From IMG/VR virus record IMGVR_UViG_3300027518_000006: a stretch of 64,000 bases of DNA; one strand, 5' to 3'. The position numbers were made by a program, and so were the translations under genes. The notes under the pieces are model-generated. The model saw only the letters and a program-made list of their open reading frames with translations. It ran no database searches and had not been told where the DNA came from. The stretch is from a virus. Shown piece by piece: positions 48,469-58,243 of this stretch (its first letter is position 1; each line of letters begins with the position of its first letter).

Positions 48469-48929
48469 TTTTGTATTTGTGACTTGCTTATAAATAGTCT
48501 AAAATGTCTTAGTGTATGATCATAGTTAAATGTAGGAACTATAGTCTTTACTTCATACTTAGTTTTAATTGCACCCGCAGCATTAGAAAGGTTTTGTCCA
48601 TTAATCCATACATCATTTCCTGCAGGGTCTTTAATGTTAGTAATGGCTATTGCGGTAATCGGCATATATGAACCATTGCTTTTTTTTCTTAAATCTTCTT
48701 TAGTTCTAAAAAATGCATTTGAGTCATACACGAAGTCTTGTCCTTTGGTTTTTAATTCACCAGCAAAACCTCTATTGGACAGTTCACTTATTACTGAGCA
48801 GTATACTGTTCTATCAAATACCCAACTTTTTACTATATTACCATAATCATTTTGTGTGGTTTGAGAATAATATACTTCTGCTGTCATTGGAAACAGTATA
48901 TCGTCTAAACTAGATGATGGAAGAAACAT
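48456..48929 (-). CDS. Head closure protein candidate
   Basis: Position; DYGNIVKSW..DRTVYC. Confidence 0.55.
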   Translation of the reverse strand: MFLPSSSLDDILFPMTAEVYYSQTTQNDYGNIVKSWVFDRTVYCSVISELSNRGFAGELKTKGQDFVYDSNAFFRTKEDLRKKSNGSYMPITAIAITNIKDPAGNDVWINGQNLSNAAGAIKTKYEVKTIVPTFNYDHTLRHFRLFISKSQIQKWDQ

Positions 48930-49819
48930 TACAAAACCCCGATACGAAGCCTGTTTCTATACTTCTCCAAAATTTTGTCAACAAACATGTTTCCTGTATT
49001 GGTAGTTGGGTTTTTAGAAAACTTAATTTTAAAGTCTTCATTATCAAATGATTCTATATACCTGCTTATGTATTTTAGGTTATCCGACTTAATGTCTTGG
49101 ATTAGCATCTCACATGCCTCTTGGATGTCCTGTGGTACCACTTTCCAGCCATAATCGGCATCTACTCTATACTCTGACCCATCTGCAAAAGCAGGGTCCA
49201 AATATCGCTCGTGCCATACTGGTTTATAGTTAACCTTGTTTTCAGCGTCAGATTCATTTTCTACATTTGTAATTGAAGATCCGTCTTTAGTAATTGCGTA
49301 TGTTACAAGATTTACACTAGCACTAAGACTTGAATTATATATTAACTCTTCGTTTTTATATACCTTATATATTTTATAAATCTTTTCATCAATAGGAAGA
49401 TAGTCCATACCCATACCAATAATATCTTTTTCTTTTCTAACAAATGGAAAACCTTGTGTTTGAGAGTCTATAATATATCTTGCTAATCTTTCATATCCTA
49501 TTTCACTACCGTCAGTAATTGATAGTGCTGAAGCAACTGAATCTAAGTTGCAATATGGTCTAACAATTTCTATGTTTGTCATTATTACAGTGTTGCCACT
49601 TGAGTCTTTAACGGATGCTGCTAGTGATCCTGTATAGTCTAAATATTTTGGTGCTAAAGTAAATGATACTGCTCCAGAAATTGTTGATGCAGATGCTGAA
49701 AATGATTCTCCTGTGTAAAGGTCTTCGTAATCTAATGTGTATGTTCCACTTGGAGAAATTGTAAAAGTGGCGGTAAGAGAAGTAACTTTTTTATATTGTC
49801 TTTGATTTAATATTTCCAT
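48929..49819 (-). CDS. Head-tail adaptor
   Basis: YGWKVVPQDIQEACEMLI motif; after capsid gene. Confidence 0.7.
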   Translation of the reverse strand: MEILNQRQYKKVTSLTATFTISPSGTYTLDYEDLYTGESFSASASTISGAVSFTLAPKYLDYTGSLAASVKDSSGNTVIMTNIEIVRPYCNLDSVASALSITDGSEIGYERLARYIIDSQTQGFPFVRKEKDIIGMGMDYLPIDEKIYKIYKVYKNEELIYNSSLSASVNLVTYAITKDGSSITNVENESDAENKVNYKPVWHERYLDPAFADGSEYRVDADYGWKVVPQDIQEACEMLIQDIKSDNLKYISRYIESFDNEDFKIKFSKNPTTNTGNMFVDKILEKYRNRLRIGVL

Positions 49820-49843
49820 ATTTAAATAAAATCCTCCTTACTA

Positions 49844-49852
49844 ATTATATCA
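49844..49852 (-). promoter_or_regulatory. Extended -10 TGATATAAT
   Basis: After capsid terminator, before AGGAGG SD. Confidence 0.55.
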
Positions 49853-49867
49853 TTTATATAAAATGTT

Positions 49868-49898
49868 GAAGGGGAGACATTTTTGGTGTCTCCCCCTC
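49868..49898 (-). terminator. Intrinsic terminator after major capsid gene
   Basis: GAGGGGGAGACA-loop-TGTCTCCCCTTC stem. Confidence 0.75.
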
Positions 49899-49919
49899 TA
49901 ATTCCCTAAATAATTTAGG

Positions 49920-50912
49920 TTATTGTTTTGCAAATGCTACTGCATCTGTTTCTTCGATTTGTGCTCCGAAACGTAAGAAAGTAGTATATTCAATAGTATC
50001 TTTCTTAGGTTGGAACTCACGATGAACAGTAACGTCTCTTTGGAATCCCCAAATACGATTTTCTGGGAATGTCAAAGATACGAATCCTGCAGGCATCAAT
50101 GGTACTTCTACCAAAGGAATACCTAGTACACGGTATTGGATTGGAGCACCTAATGTTTGTGGTGCTACACCGTCAATAACGCGTTCTACGATTCTTTCTG
50201 AAGGTAGGTTACCAGATGAGCCAAGACCATTAATGATATCGGCTACTGTTTCGCTAGAAGCATAGAACTTCATGGCTGCTCTTGATGCACGATACTTACG
50301 TGGCATTGCTAGCACAATTGCTTGCAAGTCTTCAACGTCTGTACCAAATGCTCCACCAGCGTCATTACCAGTTTGTTCTTTTACATAGAAGCCTTCAAGG
50401 ATGTTTAGGAATGTATTTGTTCCTGAACCTGTTCCGTTGATTGCTAAGTCTTCAAGATCATTAGCGAATGCACGAGTCATTGTACGGACCAAGTGGTCTT
50501 CCAATCCTGCGCCTTCGATATTGTCTTCAAGTGCTTCTGATGATACTTCCCAGTCTAATCTAACTTTTTTAGTTGTGATTTCAACTTTTGTGAAAGTAAC
50601 TCCAGCGTTAGTGTATGAAGCGTCTGCTTGTGCAGCAGCGCGAATTACACGTTCACCAACATTTAACTTCTCTAGTTCTGCTGTGTTGCCACGCATTGTT
50701 ACACGGCGACCATCACGAGCAAGAACTTGTTGCTCGAAAATATATTCGATAAATTGGGCTGACTGTTCAGCGTTTAGGATACCACCACCATCTCCTGGTG
50801 TTGCGGTTCCTACTGGTCCAAGTTGTGATGCTGGAGTAGCAACTCCACCAATTCCTCCTGAAGCAATAACGCCTGTAACGGCTGCCTTTTCTAAAATTTG
50901 TTCTTCTGACAT
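49920..50912 (-). CDS. Major capsid protein (HK97 fold)
   Basis: GGILNAEQS..FI, KVRLDWEVSSEALEDNIEG, DLEDLAINGTG, VLGIPLVEVP. Confidence 0.9.
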   Translation of the reverse strand: MSEEQILEKAAVTGVIASGGIGGVATPASQLGPVGTATPGDGGGILNAEQSAQFIEYIFEQQVLARDGRRVTMRGNTAELEKLNVGERVIRAAAQADASYTNAGVTFTKVEITTKKVRLDWEVSSEALEDNIEGAGLEDHLVRTMTRAFANDLEDLAINGTGSGTNTFLNILEGFYVKEQTGNDAGGAFGTDVEDLQAIVLAMPRKYRASRAAMKFYASSETVADIINGLGSSGNLPSERIVERVIDGVAPQTLGAPIQYRVLGIPLVEVPLMPAGFVSLTFPENRIWGFQRDVTVHREFQPKKDTIEYTTFLRFGAQIEETDAVAFAKQ

Positions 50913-50939
50913 AATTTTTCACCTCCCAGTGAATTTTGT

Positions 50940-52616
50940 TTAACGATAGAGGTCAGCGGTATTGAGGAAACGCCCGCCCCACATCGATCCTTTTTTTATT
51001 TTATTTCCCTGCACGACCCCGCCGAGGTCGCCAGACTTACGGATAGCGGTGTCATCTTCAACTGCATCGACACGCTTTCCAAACTCTTCTACATTGCTTT
51101 TTACTGTTGTAACTTCCTCTGTTACTTTTGCAACGCTCTTTGTTAATTCGGCAAGTTGTTCATTAATTGATTTTACAGTTGCCGCTAAATCTCCAACTGC
51201 TGCGGTAACGGACTTGCTAATTTCTTCTACAGAAACTTTAACTGTTTGTACAGCCTTTGCCAAGTCATCATCTTTGCTTTCTACAGCAGGAGTTTCGGCT
51301 TTTTCAACATCTGCTGGTGCGTCTTCTGCTGGAGCATCTTCTGCAGGAGCAACTGGTGCTACTACTTCTTCTACTGGAGCATCTTCTGCTACTGCTTCTG
51401 CTGGTGCATCTGCTGGAGCATCTGAATCAGACTTAACGATTTCGTCTACAACGACTAATTCGTCTTCTACAACTTCTGTTTTTTCAATTTGAACATCTTC
51501 TGCAACTACTGTTGCTTCTTGTTCTGTTTTTGCCATATCATTTACCTCCTTATTAGAATTATCAGAAACTTGTTCTGATTTCATTGTAACTCTTCTCAGA
51601 GTTTTCATTTTATGTCCTACAATTGTGTCAGTTGGTTTACCGTCACGGTAGAGCCTAATAGCAACTGCTGGATCTTCTGGAGTTCCTGTAATAGTAAAAG
51701 AACTATTTGGAACTTTTATTTTTCCATTGCGAACGACCCTAGTTACTTTTCCTCTTGCAGTACCACCGCTTGAGTTCCATGAAACCATGTCGCCAACTTT
51801 AACATTTGACGCTTTGTCCATATCTTCTTCGTCATCTTTCTTTTTTTTCTTAGGTTTAATTGTTGTAGGATTTTTAGTAGGAACATTTTCATTAGTCATA
51901 GTTCCATTGTATGCTTTAATTAAATTCTTAATTACTTCGTTTTTTTCGTTATCAGTTGTTTCTACAAAACCTATTAAGGTTTCTCCTGATCTAATATCTT
52001 CTTCTTTAGATAGTCTTACAATGTTATTTTCTTTAGACCAGTATACATTTTCAAGTGACATTTTTGTCATTATACCGTCAAAAGTATTTTGTCCATCTTC
52101 TGCTTTTTGAATAGATACAATATTAGCAAATTGATTTGCAGGATTATCTACAAGCGATAATTCGTGGAGTTCGTAATCTTTAATAACCCTAATGGATTTA
52201 TCCATTTCTGGGTCGTATTGGTCTTCCGTATCTTTGATGCTGCCACCAATAGAAAAACCAGAAAGAGTGCCATCAAGAACTTTTTCCCAAGTATCTTGAG
52301 CACCTTTAGAAATATATGCATCTACGTACACCCCATTATAAAACTTATCTTTATCTTTATCATAAAATTTATCTGACTTAAATGACATTACCCTACCCAC
52401 AGCCACTGGCATGTGCATCTCACGTAAATTTCCACGGAACCTTTCAAAAGCCTTTATACTTACATCAGTAGGGACAATGTCTGACTGCTTGTCAACATTG
52501 TCAAGGGTGGCAAACCCAGAAACGGTTCGCTTCTCTTTATCGATTTTAGCAATTGGCATAGATAACTTAATAGAGTTATCTTCTGAGTGCCAAAATGCTT
52601 TATGCAAATTAGTCAT
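50940..52616 (-). CDS. Prohead protease fused to Tudor-like insert and acidic scaffold
   Basis: VSGFAT, EMH, GFSIGG, ELSLVDNPAN; VGDMVSWNSSGGTARGKV; APAEDAPAED repeats and coiled coil. Confidence 0.88.
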   Translation of the reverse strand: MTNLHKAFWHSEDNSIKLSMPIAKIDKEKRTVSGFATLDNVDKQSDIVPTDVSIKAFERFRGNLREMHMPVAVGRVMSFKSDKFYDKDKDKFYNGVYVDAYISKGAQDTWEKVLDGTLSGFSIGGSIKDTEDQYDPEMDKSIRVIKDYELHELSLVDNPANQFANIVSIQKAEDGQNTFDGIMTKMSLENVYWSKENNIVRLSKEEDIRSGETLIGFVETTDNEKNEVIKNLIKAYNGTMTNENVPTKNPTTIKPKKKKKDDEEDMDKASNVKVGDMVSWNSSGGTARGKVTRVVRNGKIKVPNSSFTITGTPEDPAVAIRLYRDGKPTDTIVGHKMKTLRRVTMKSEQVSDNSNKEVNDMAKTEQEATVVAEDVQIEKTEVVEDELVVVDEIVKSDSDAPADAPAEAVAEDAPVEEVVAPVAPAEDAPAEDAPADVEKAETPAVESKDDDLAKAVQTVKVSVEEISKSVTAAVGDLAATVKSINEQLAELTKSVAKVTEEVTTVKSNVEEFGKRVDAVEDDTAIRKSGDLGGVVQGNKIKKGSMWGGRFLNTADLYR

Positions 52617-52671
52617 ACTACTTCTATTATATAAGTGTTTATAAGAGATTTTAAAAACTTGTAACTATTTA

Positions 52672-54231
52672 TTATTCTACCGTTCTACCCTCGCCACCAG
52701 GACCTCGTCCTGTAGTGGTTGAAGTAGAATCGCTGTTGTTATCAGTTCTTTGTTGATCTCTCATTCTATTGCCAGTGGCTTGAGTTGTGATCTCTGCTCT
52801 TTGTTGAGCACCTAAGACGATAGGTTCTTGTCCACCCATTCTTGATGGGAATCCAAGTCTTTCACGAACCTCATTAGGAACAACTACCTGCATTCTTAAG
52901 TATCGCTCATCAATTTGACTTTGAGTAGTCTCATCGGTCAGGGTTAGTTCGTTAAGTTTAAAAGCAACCATATCGGTTTTTTCTTTTATGATTTTGTTTA
53001 TAACCTTTTCTAGGTTTCTTTGTGCTGGTCTTGCAACCTGCTCTTTAAAGGTTCTATCAGAAGATATTGCTGAGGCTATTGAAACTCCAGCGCCTCCTCC
53101 TACTTTAGAGAATGGAACTTGATGAGCCATTAAGATATCGTCACGGTTTGATTTGCGATACTTTTCAAATGATCCTTCTTGTATTCCATTTTCAATAGGT
53201 TCCATTTTAAAGTCTACCTTATTGTCTGTAGAGTCTCCTGGAAGTGGTATATATAGGGTTCTATGGTTTTGACCACGAAGTCCTGATTGTAAGAATCTAA
53301 ACAATTTATCTTCTGCATCAGACGATAGTTTTGCTCCTTTTAAAGTAACTATATATCTTGGCACTGCTTTGTTTTCAAAATAATCAATATTATATCTACC
53401 CGCTAAATTATCTCCAACCATAGCAACAGATGAGGCTACTGTGTCTGGAACTCCATAATAAGAAGTCTTTGGTGAGTATTTTTTAATGTGAATTAATTCG
53501 TTTGGTCTAGGATCGTTAGTTACTGGGTTTGATTCTTTACCTTGAAAGTTTCTAAAATAAACTACTCTTTGATTTACTATCTGAATATAACCATCACGCA
53601 ATCTTCTTACACGCACTGTAGTTGATGGAATATGGCCTACGTATCCGATTTCTCCGTTAACCTTTCTACCAATTTCTATATATCCATTACCTGTTGATTC
53701 AGCATCAATATATACTTTTTCTAAAATATGGCTAAAGGTATCTTCATCGTTTAGTTCTTCTAGCCACTCGGTCATTTGAGCCTTTAGTCTTTGGATTTTT
53801 CTTTGTGCTCTAATCAATTGTTCATCTGATTCAGCATCTTCTAGTCTTGCTAAAGTTGAGTCTGTGTTGATAAATGAATACCCTAAGCCAACAGTATTTG
53901 CTACTTTAGCATTTATAGCAGCATGGTTAGCAAATGAGTTTTCATAGAAGAATGCTAGTTCGTCTAAATTGTATGGTGGAACAACTACATCATAAAGTCC
54001 GTATGCTGTAACTATGTCTTGTTCTTGAAATAACTGTTTTGACCCTGTATTTTCTTGACCAGTAAATGCCTTACTTATTGATCTTGTTGCTCTACGTTTA
54101 AAATTTGAATCTAGTCCTGTATATGTTTTTGCTAATTCTGCATCGACCATAAAGTCATCGCTTTTTTCTGGTCTTTCCATTCTATCTAAATTATCTATTC
54201 TTGCAATAGATTCTAATTCTTCATTCTCCAT
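52672..54231 (-). CDS. Portal protein
   Basis: GNGYIEI, ELIHIKKYSP...YYGVP, YFEN.AVP, RDDILMAHQVP, NEVRERLG. Confidence 0.9.
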   Translation of the reverse strand: MENEELESIARIDNLDRMERPEKSDDFMVDAELAKTYTGLDSNFKRRATRSISKAFTGQENTGSKQLFQEQDIVTAYGLYDVVVPPYNLDELAFFYENSFANHAAINAKVANTVGLGYSFINTDSTLARLEDAESDEQLIRAQRKIQRLKAQMTEWLEELNDEDTFSHILEKVYIDAESTGNGYIEIGRKVNGEIGYVGHIPSTTVRVRRLRDGYIQIVNQRVVYFRNFQGKESNPVTNDPRPNELIHIKKYSPKTSYYGVPDTVASSVAMVGDNLAGRYNIDYFENKAVPRYIVTLKGAKLSSDAEDKLFRFLQSGLRGQNHRTLYIPLPGDSTDNKVDFKMEPIENGIQEGSFEKYRKSNRDDILMAHQVPFSKVGGGAGVSIASAISSDRTFKEQVARPAQRNLEKVINKIIKEKTDMVAFKLNELTLTDETTQSQIDERYLRMQVVVPNEVRERLGFPSRMGGQEPIVLGAQQRAEITTQATGNRMRDQQRTDNNSDSTSTTTGRGPGGEGRTVE

Positions 54232-54586
54232 TTTTGTTTATCCCTTTTTTAGCATCCATCCAGGCACCAATGTCGGTTTCGCTGGCAATATATCCTTCTT
54301 TCATTCTTCCAATTTGTTCAGAGTATTCCATATCTGATACTCTTCTTACTCCTGGCATAAAAATTACTTTTCCTGCTGGGGCATTATAATATCTAGCGGC
54401 CTGTGCTACCTTGCTCATCTTATCTAAATCATACTGATTACCTGGAATATTCATTACGTTGCCACCTTTGTCTCCAAAAGCCTTTCCATTATGATCCATC
54501 TGCCACACATATAGGCCATATCTTTGTTGTTTATTAAGTACTTTTAACTTTGACTTACCATTTTTGTCAATATTATTATTATTCAT
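54221..54586 (-). CDS. Hypothetical protein upstream of portal
   Basis: Leaderless start after TGATATAAT. Confidence 0.65.
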   Translation of the reverse strand: MNNNNIDKNGKSKLKVLNKQQRYGLYVWQMDHNGKAFGDKGGNVMNIPGNQYDLDKMSKVAQAARYYNAPAGKVIFMPGVRRVSDMEYSEQIGRMKEGYIASETDIGAWMDAKKGINKNGE

Positions 54587-54592
54587 AACCCA

Positions 54593-54601
54593 ATTATATC
54601 A
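54593..54601 (-). promoter_or_regulatory. Extended -10 TGATATAAT, leaderless start of head operon
   Basis: 6 nt to ATG at 54586. Confidence 0.6.
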
Positions 54602-54603
54602 GA

Positions 54604-57600
54604 TTATACAGGTCTTCCGCTATACTCTTCCCAAATTGTTCCAGTAATTATTGTTATGCCGTCAGAATTAATAGATAAGGTTGAATTATCTCTTCCAACT
54701 ACACTAGAAACTCCAAAAGTAGAATCATAAATTGATTTTCCATCAACAATAAATGTTAAAGGCTCACTCTGTCCTTCTATTTCTTCCCAGATTCCAGCAC
54801 CAGATTGATACCATGATCCCCATGTGGTATCTGATCTTAAGTCTCTCCACTCGTTATCAATGAATATAGAACCAAGAACGTCTGAAAACTTTTTGTAAAA
54901 TGCAATATTATTAACCATTAATCCTTCATATATTTCTAACTGCCCTACAGAACTTGGTAAATCTATAGACTCTTCAAAAGTAATTATTATTGTATTCCAA
55001 GATAAAGGTTGAATATATGGATTATCTACAATATTACCGTTTTGATAAAAAACTATACCAGTTGCTTCATTGTTAGTATCTTCGTCAAAAAGAACCATCT
55101 TAGCCCTAGTATAATTTGACTCTGGAACTAATTTAATATCATAAGATCTATTTCTAGTAGAAATCTTTCCTACCTGTACCGTTTCTTCTATCGTTTCACC
55201 CTTGTTGTAAAAACTCCAAAACTGAACACCTCCAAGCAAATACTCTGTTGCTAACTGTTGATTAATTGGAATGGTGATACCTCTAGTAGCAGTACTGTCG
55301 TATGGGAGAACGCTGATACCAGAATCTCCAGTATTATACATATAAGAAGTAGAGTCTTTATATATAGTAAAAGGGTTTTTTAGTTTATAAGCATATATAT
55401 CTCCATATCTATTAAATGGAAATAGTTTATATCCATCAGGACTATTAATGGAATAAAAGGATGATTCATCATATGCTAATGAAGATATAGACATTTTTCT
55501 AAGTTTGATAGGGTTTTTATTTATACCCTTTGAATTAATTTCTATATGAACTGTTATATAGTAATCTGCAAAGTCAACTAGTTGTTTAGGTGGAAATATA
55601 ACTGTTCTATCTGTTACTTCAAACTTAGTATTATTTATTTGGGTAGTAGTATATTCATCTAAATCTAATACTCTGTCTGCTCCTATTCTTACAGAATTTA
55701 TATATTCTGTATAAGGAATATTTCCAACATCTGTATATTTTTGCAAAGTTATATATGTCTTAATGGTGTCATTTTCTTTTAAAAATAATTTAGACAATAT
55801 GTCTAATTGTTCATCTGTTAGATATTCAACAAATTCAACAGTTTCTGGATTTCCACCGTCAAAACTAAAAATAAAACTAGAAGCAGAGGTTGTGGGCGAT
55901 CCGCCATCAAAGTAAAATTTAAAATCTAATGAAGTAGACAGCCCTCCATCAAGAGCAGGTATTTGGTCTTTTTGTAATATTAATGATGATGGAGAATCTA
56001 TATTAAATTGTAAAAGATCTAAATCGTAGTAAGGATTTTTATTTTTATCTTCTACAAATTTTCCAAAATATGATAAAGGTATTGAGTCTTCCCAGTATCC
56101 AGAACTTCCAATATCTATAGTAAGGCTATTTGATAAAATCTGTGGATGAAAGGTGTAGTTTCCAATATAGTATATTAAATTTTCTGTATCTATCTCTGGG
56201 TTAAAAAATCCATTGTCTAATTTGTATTCAACTAAATCTTTATCTGTAAACATTCTATTATTAAATGTAAAATTAAATATTTTTCCACTAAACATTGATG
56301 ATTGATTTCCACCCAAACTAAAAGATATGTTTTGGGGGTTGGAAAAGAAGTTATTTAAAGTACTTGAATATTCTTGAGATATGGTGTCTAAGTCAAAACC
56401 AGCAACAAATATAGCATTTCCCACAATAGGGTGATCAAATATCTTAGTATCGTTATAGAAGTACTCTACTCCTGCGGTGCTTGTTTTAACTGTAAAGTTG
56501 TTATTATTGAAGTTGTTAGAGAAGTACATTAATACTTCTTTAGTAGCAGTCAGAGTAGATGGTGCTCTAAATACCCCGAATATACTTTTAACTGGGGTAC
56601 TCAAAACATTCAAACTATTAAAATTAATACTTGAAACTATGTTGTCATAATTTGCATTAGGCTTTAATTTGATAAATGGATAGTCAGATCCTTGTATATT
56701 ATAGTTATCTATTAAGAAATTATCTAAGTCTACCACTTCACTAAAAATAATTTGTGGAAGAGAGTATTCTAAATTTGTAAGATATTTAGAGGTGCTGTTA
56801 GAGTTATTAAAGAATCCTGAGTTCCAATCGTTCATGTCTGGGTAGTTTATAGTAGAGGTGTATTTAGCGTAGGGGAAGTCTACCTGGAAAGAGTCTCCTT
56901 TAAAATTAGACACAATGTTATTTGCTGACTCAACTCCTTGAGCGTAAACAAATCTTTTCTTTGCAATTTGCTCTGGAACTACGTATGGATAAATAGCAAT
57001 AGCGTCTATTTCAAATGGGTATACATTTTCATTTCCATAAACTCCTACATAGTTATAATCTTTATCTGCCAATGTAAATTTATTTTGATCTATGTCCATA
57101 TCAATAACTAAATCTCCATTGATTAATAATGAAGCAGTATCTATGTTATATCTAAAGTCTAGTAGCATAGGTCTATACCATTTACCTATAAAATAAGACT
57201 TTTTATATGATCCTATTTTAATTGTTATAAAGTCTTTATCTATATAAATACCGTCAGTTTTTGTAAGTGGACCAACAATTTTTATTGGAGTTGTTGCGTT
57301 TGTATGTGCTCTTAGCCAAAACTCTAATGTAGTTTCTTTGTATCTTCCAGATTCATTTAAAAATCCTTCTGCTGGAAAAACCATAGATGGAATATTTCCA
57401 TAAAGAGGATATGTAATATTAGTTATATTTGTAGCACCAAAAGTAATTGGAAAGTTATCGCTATATGAAAGGGCTCTATTTTTTTCAACTATATAGTAAC
57501 CGTTTTTAGATTCTGCTATTCCATAAGAGTCTGCTACTACCCCAGTTATTGCTGAGGCTGACAAAGAAGATGATGCAGAAATGATGCTTAATATATTTGG

Positions 57601-58212
57601 GTCTATGCTTGCTGATAAAGTTCCAGTACTTTGATAATGGTGCAGTTCAGACCATTGACCAACCGATAAAGCATTTATAGAAAAGTTATAATCAGGTCCA
57701 GAGTTTCCTATTGAAGCGTTATCATATTTAACTTTAAAATATGGATATATATTGACATTGCCTGTAGGAATATTTAAAGTATGACTTACCTTTGTCCATA
57801 CCTCTTCTCTTTCTGGGGTATAGGAAGTAAAAAAAGTAGAACCACTATGTATAAACCCTATATCAAAACTAGATACGTTGTTATAGTTGTAAGCAAAAGC
57901 ATTTATAGACAATGTTTTTTTATCAGGATCTAAATCTGTAATAGAATTTATTGCTGTACCCGATGCTGATCCTTGATATCCAGATGATGCAGAAATTACA
58001 GTCAATACATCTGTTTGCTCATTTTCAAGTATTAATCCAACTGGGTCTGATGCTGAAGAAGAAACTATGTTGCTTAGGTCCCAATTAATAATGCTTTTAT
58101 CTTGTATGCTTAATTTTGATATAAAAGAAAAATCATCGTCTAGGGCCCATAGTGCAAGTGGATGCTCTGCAAATATTCTTGCGGCATAAAGATTTGAGAC
58201 TTGATTAGACAT
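54604..58212 (-). CDS. Large putative virion protein with LamG/concanavalin-like beta domains
   Basis: EHPLALWALDD, TLEFWLR, LLINGDLV; Ser/Asn/Ile-rich. Confidence 0.6.
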   Translation of the reverse strand: MSNQVSNLYAARIFAEHPLALWALDDDFSFISKLSIQDKSIINWDLSNIVSSSASDPVGLILENEQTDVLTVISASSGYQGSASGTAINSITDLDPDKKTLSINAFAYNYNNVSSFDIGFIHSGSTFFTSYTPEREEVWTKVSHTLNIPTGNVNIYPYFKVKYDNASIGNSGPDYNFSINALSVGQWSELHHYQSTGTLSASIDPNILSIISASSSLSASAITGVVADSYGIAESKNGYYIVEKNRALSYSDNFPITFGATNITNITYPLYGNIPSMVFPAEGFLNESGRYKETTLEFWLRAHTNATTPIKIVGPLTKTDGIYIDKDFITIKIGSYKKSYFIGKWYRPMLLDFRYNIDTASLLINGDLVIDMDIDQNKFTLADKDYNYVGVYGNENVYPFEIDAIAIYPYVVPEQIAKKRFVYAQGVESANNIVSNFKGDSFQVDFPYAKYTSTINYPDMNDWNSGFFNNSNSTSKYLTNLEYSLPQIIFSEVVDLDNFLIDNYNIQGSDYPFIKLKPNANYDNIVSSINFNSLNVLSTPVKSIFGVFRAPSTLTATKEVLMYFSNNFNNNNFTVKTSTAGVEYFYNDTKIFDHPIVGNAIFVAGFDLDTISQEYSSTLNNFFSNPQNISFSLGGNQSSMFSGKIFNFTFNNRMFTDKDLVEYKLDNGFFNPEIDTENLIYYIGNYTFHPQILSNSLTIDIGSSGYWEDSIPLSYFGKFVEDKNKNPYYDLDLLQFNIDSPSSLILQKDQIPALDGGLSTSLDFKFYFDGGSPTTSASSFIFSFDGGNPETVEFVEYLTDEQLDILSKLFLKENDTIKTYITLQKYTDVGNIPYTEYINSVRIGADRVLDLDEYTTTQINNTKFEVTDRTVIFPPKQLVDFADYYITVHIEINSKGINKNPIKLRKMSISSLAYDESSFYSINSPDGYKLFPFNRYGDIYAYKLKNPFTIYKDSTSYMYNTGDSGISVLPYDSTATRGITIPINQQLATEYLLGGVQFWSFYNKGETIEETVQVGKISTRNRSYDIKLVPESNYTRAKMVLFDEDTNNEATGIVFYQNGNIVDNPYIQPLSWNTIIITFEESIDLPSSVGQLEIYEGLMVNNIAFYKKFSDVLGSIFIDNEWRDLRSDTTWGSWYQSGAGIWEEIEGQSEPLTFIVDGKSIYDSTFGVSSVVGRDNSTLSINSDGITIITGTIWEEYSGRPV

Positions 58213-58243
58213 GAATACCTCTAATCTATTTTAGCACAAAAGG

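Noticed and set aside
50401-51492. Long plus-strand ORFs (180 and 176 aa) antisense to capsid and scaffold genes
   Set aside because: Typical shadow ORFs from codon bias of highly expressed genes; no SD or promoter, and the Ser/Thr/Ala text mirrors the sense frame
54566-54583. (AAT)n microsatellite at start of 54221..54586
   Set aside because: Too short for phase variation; encodes poly-Asn in AT-rich context
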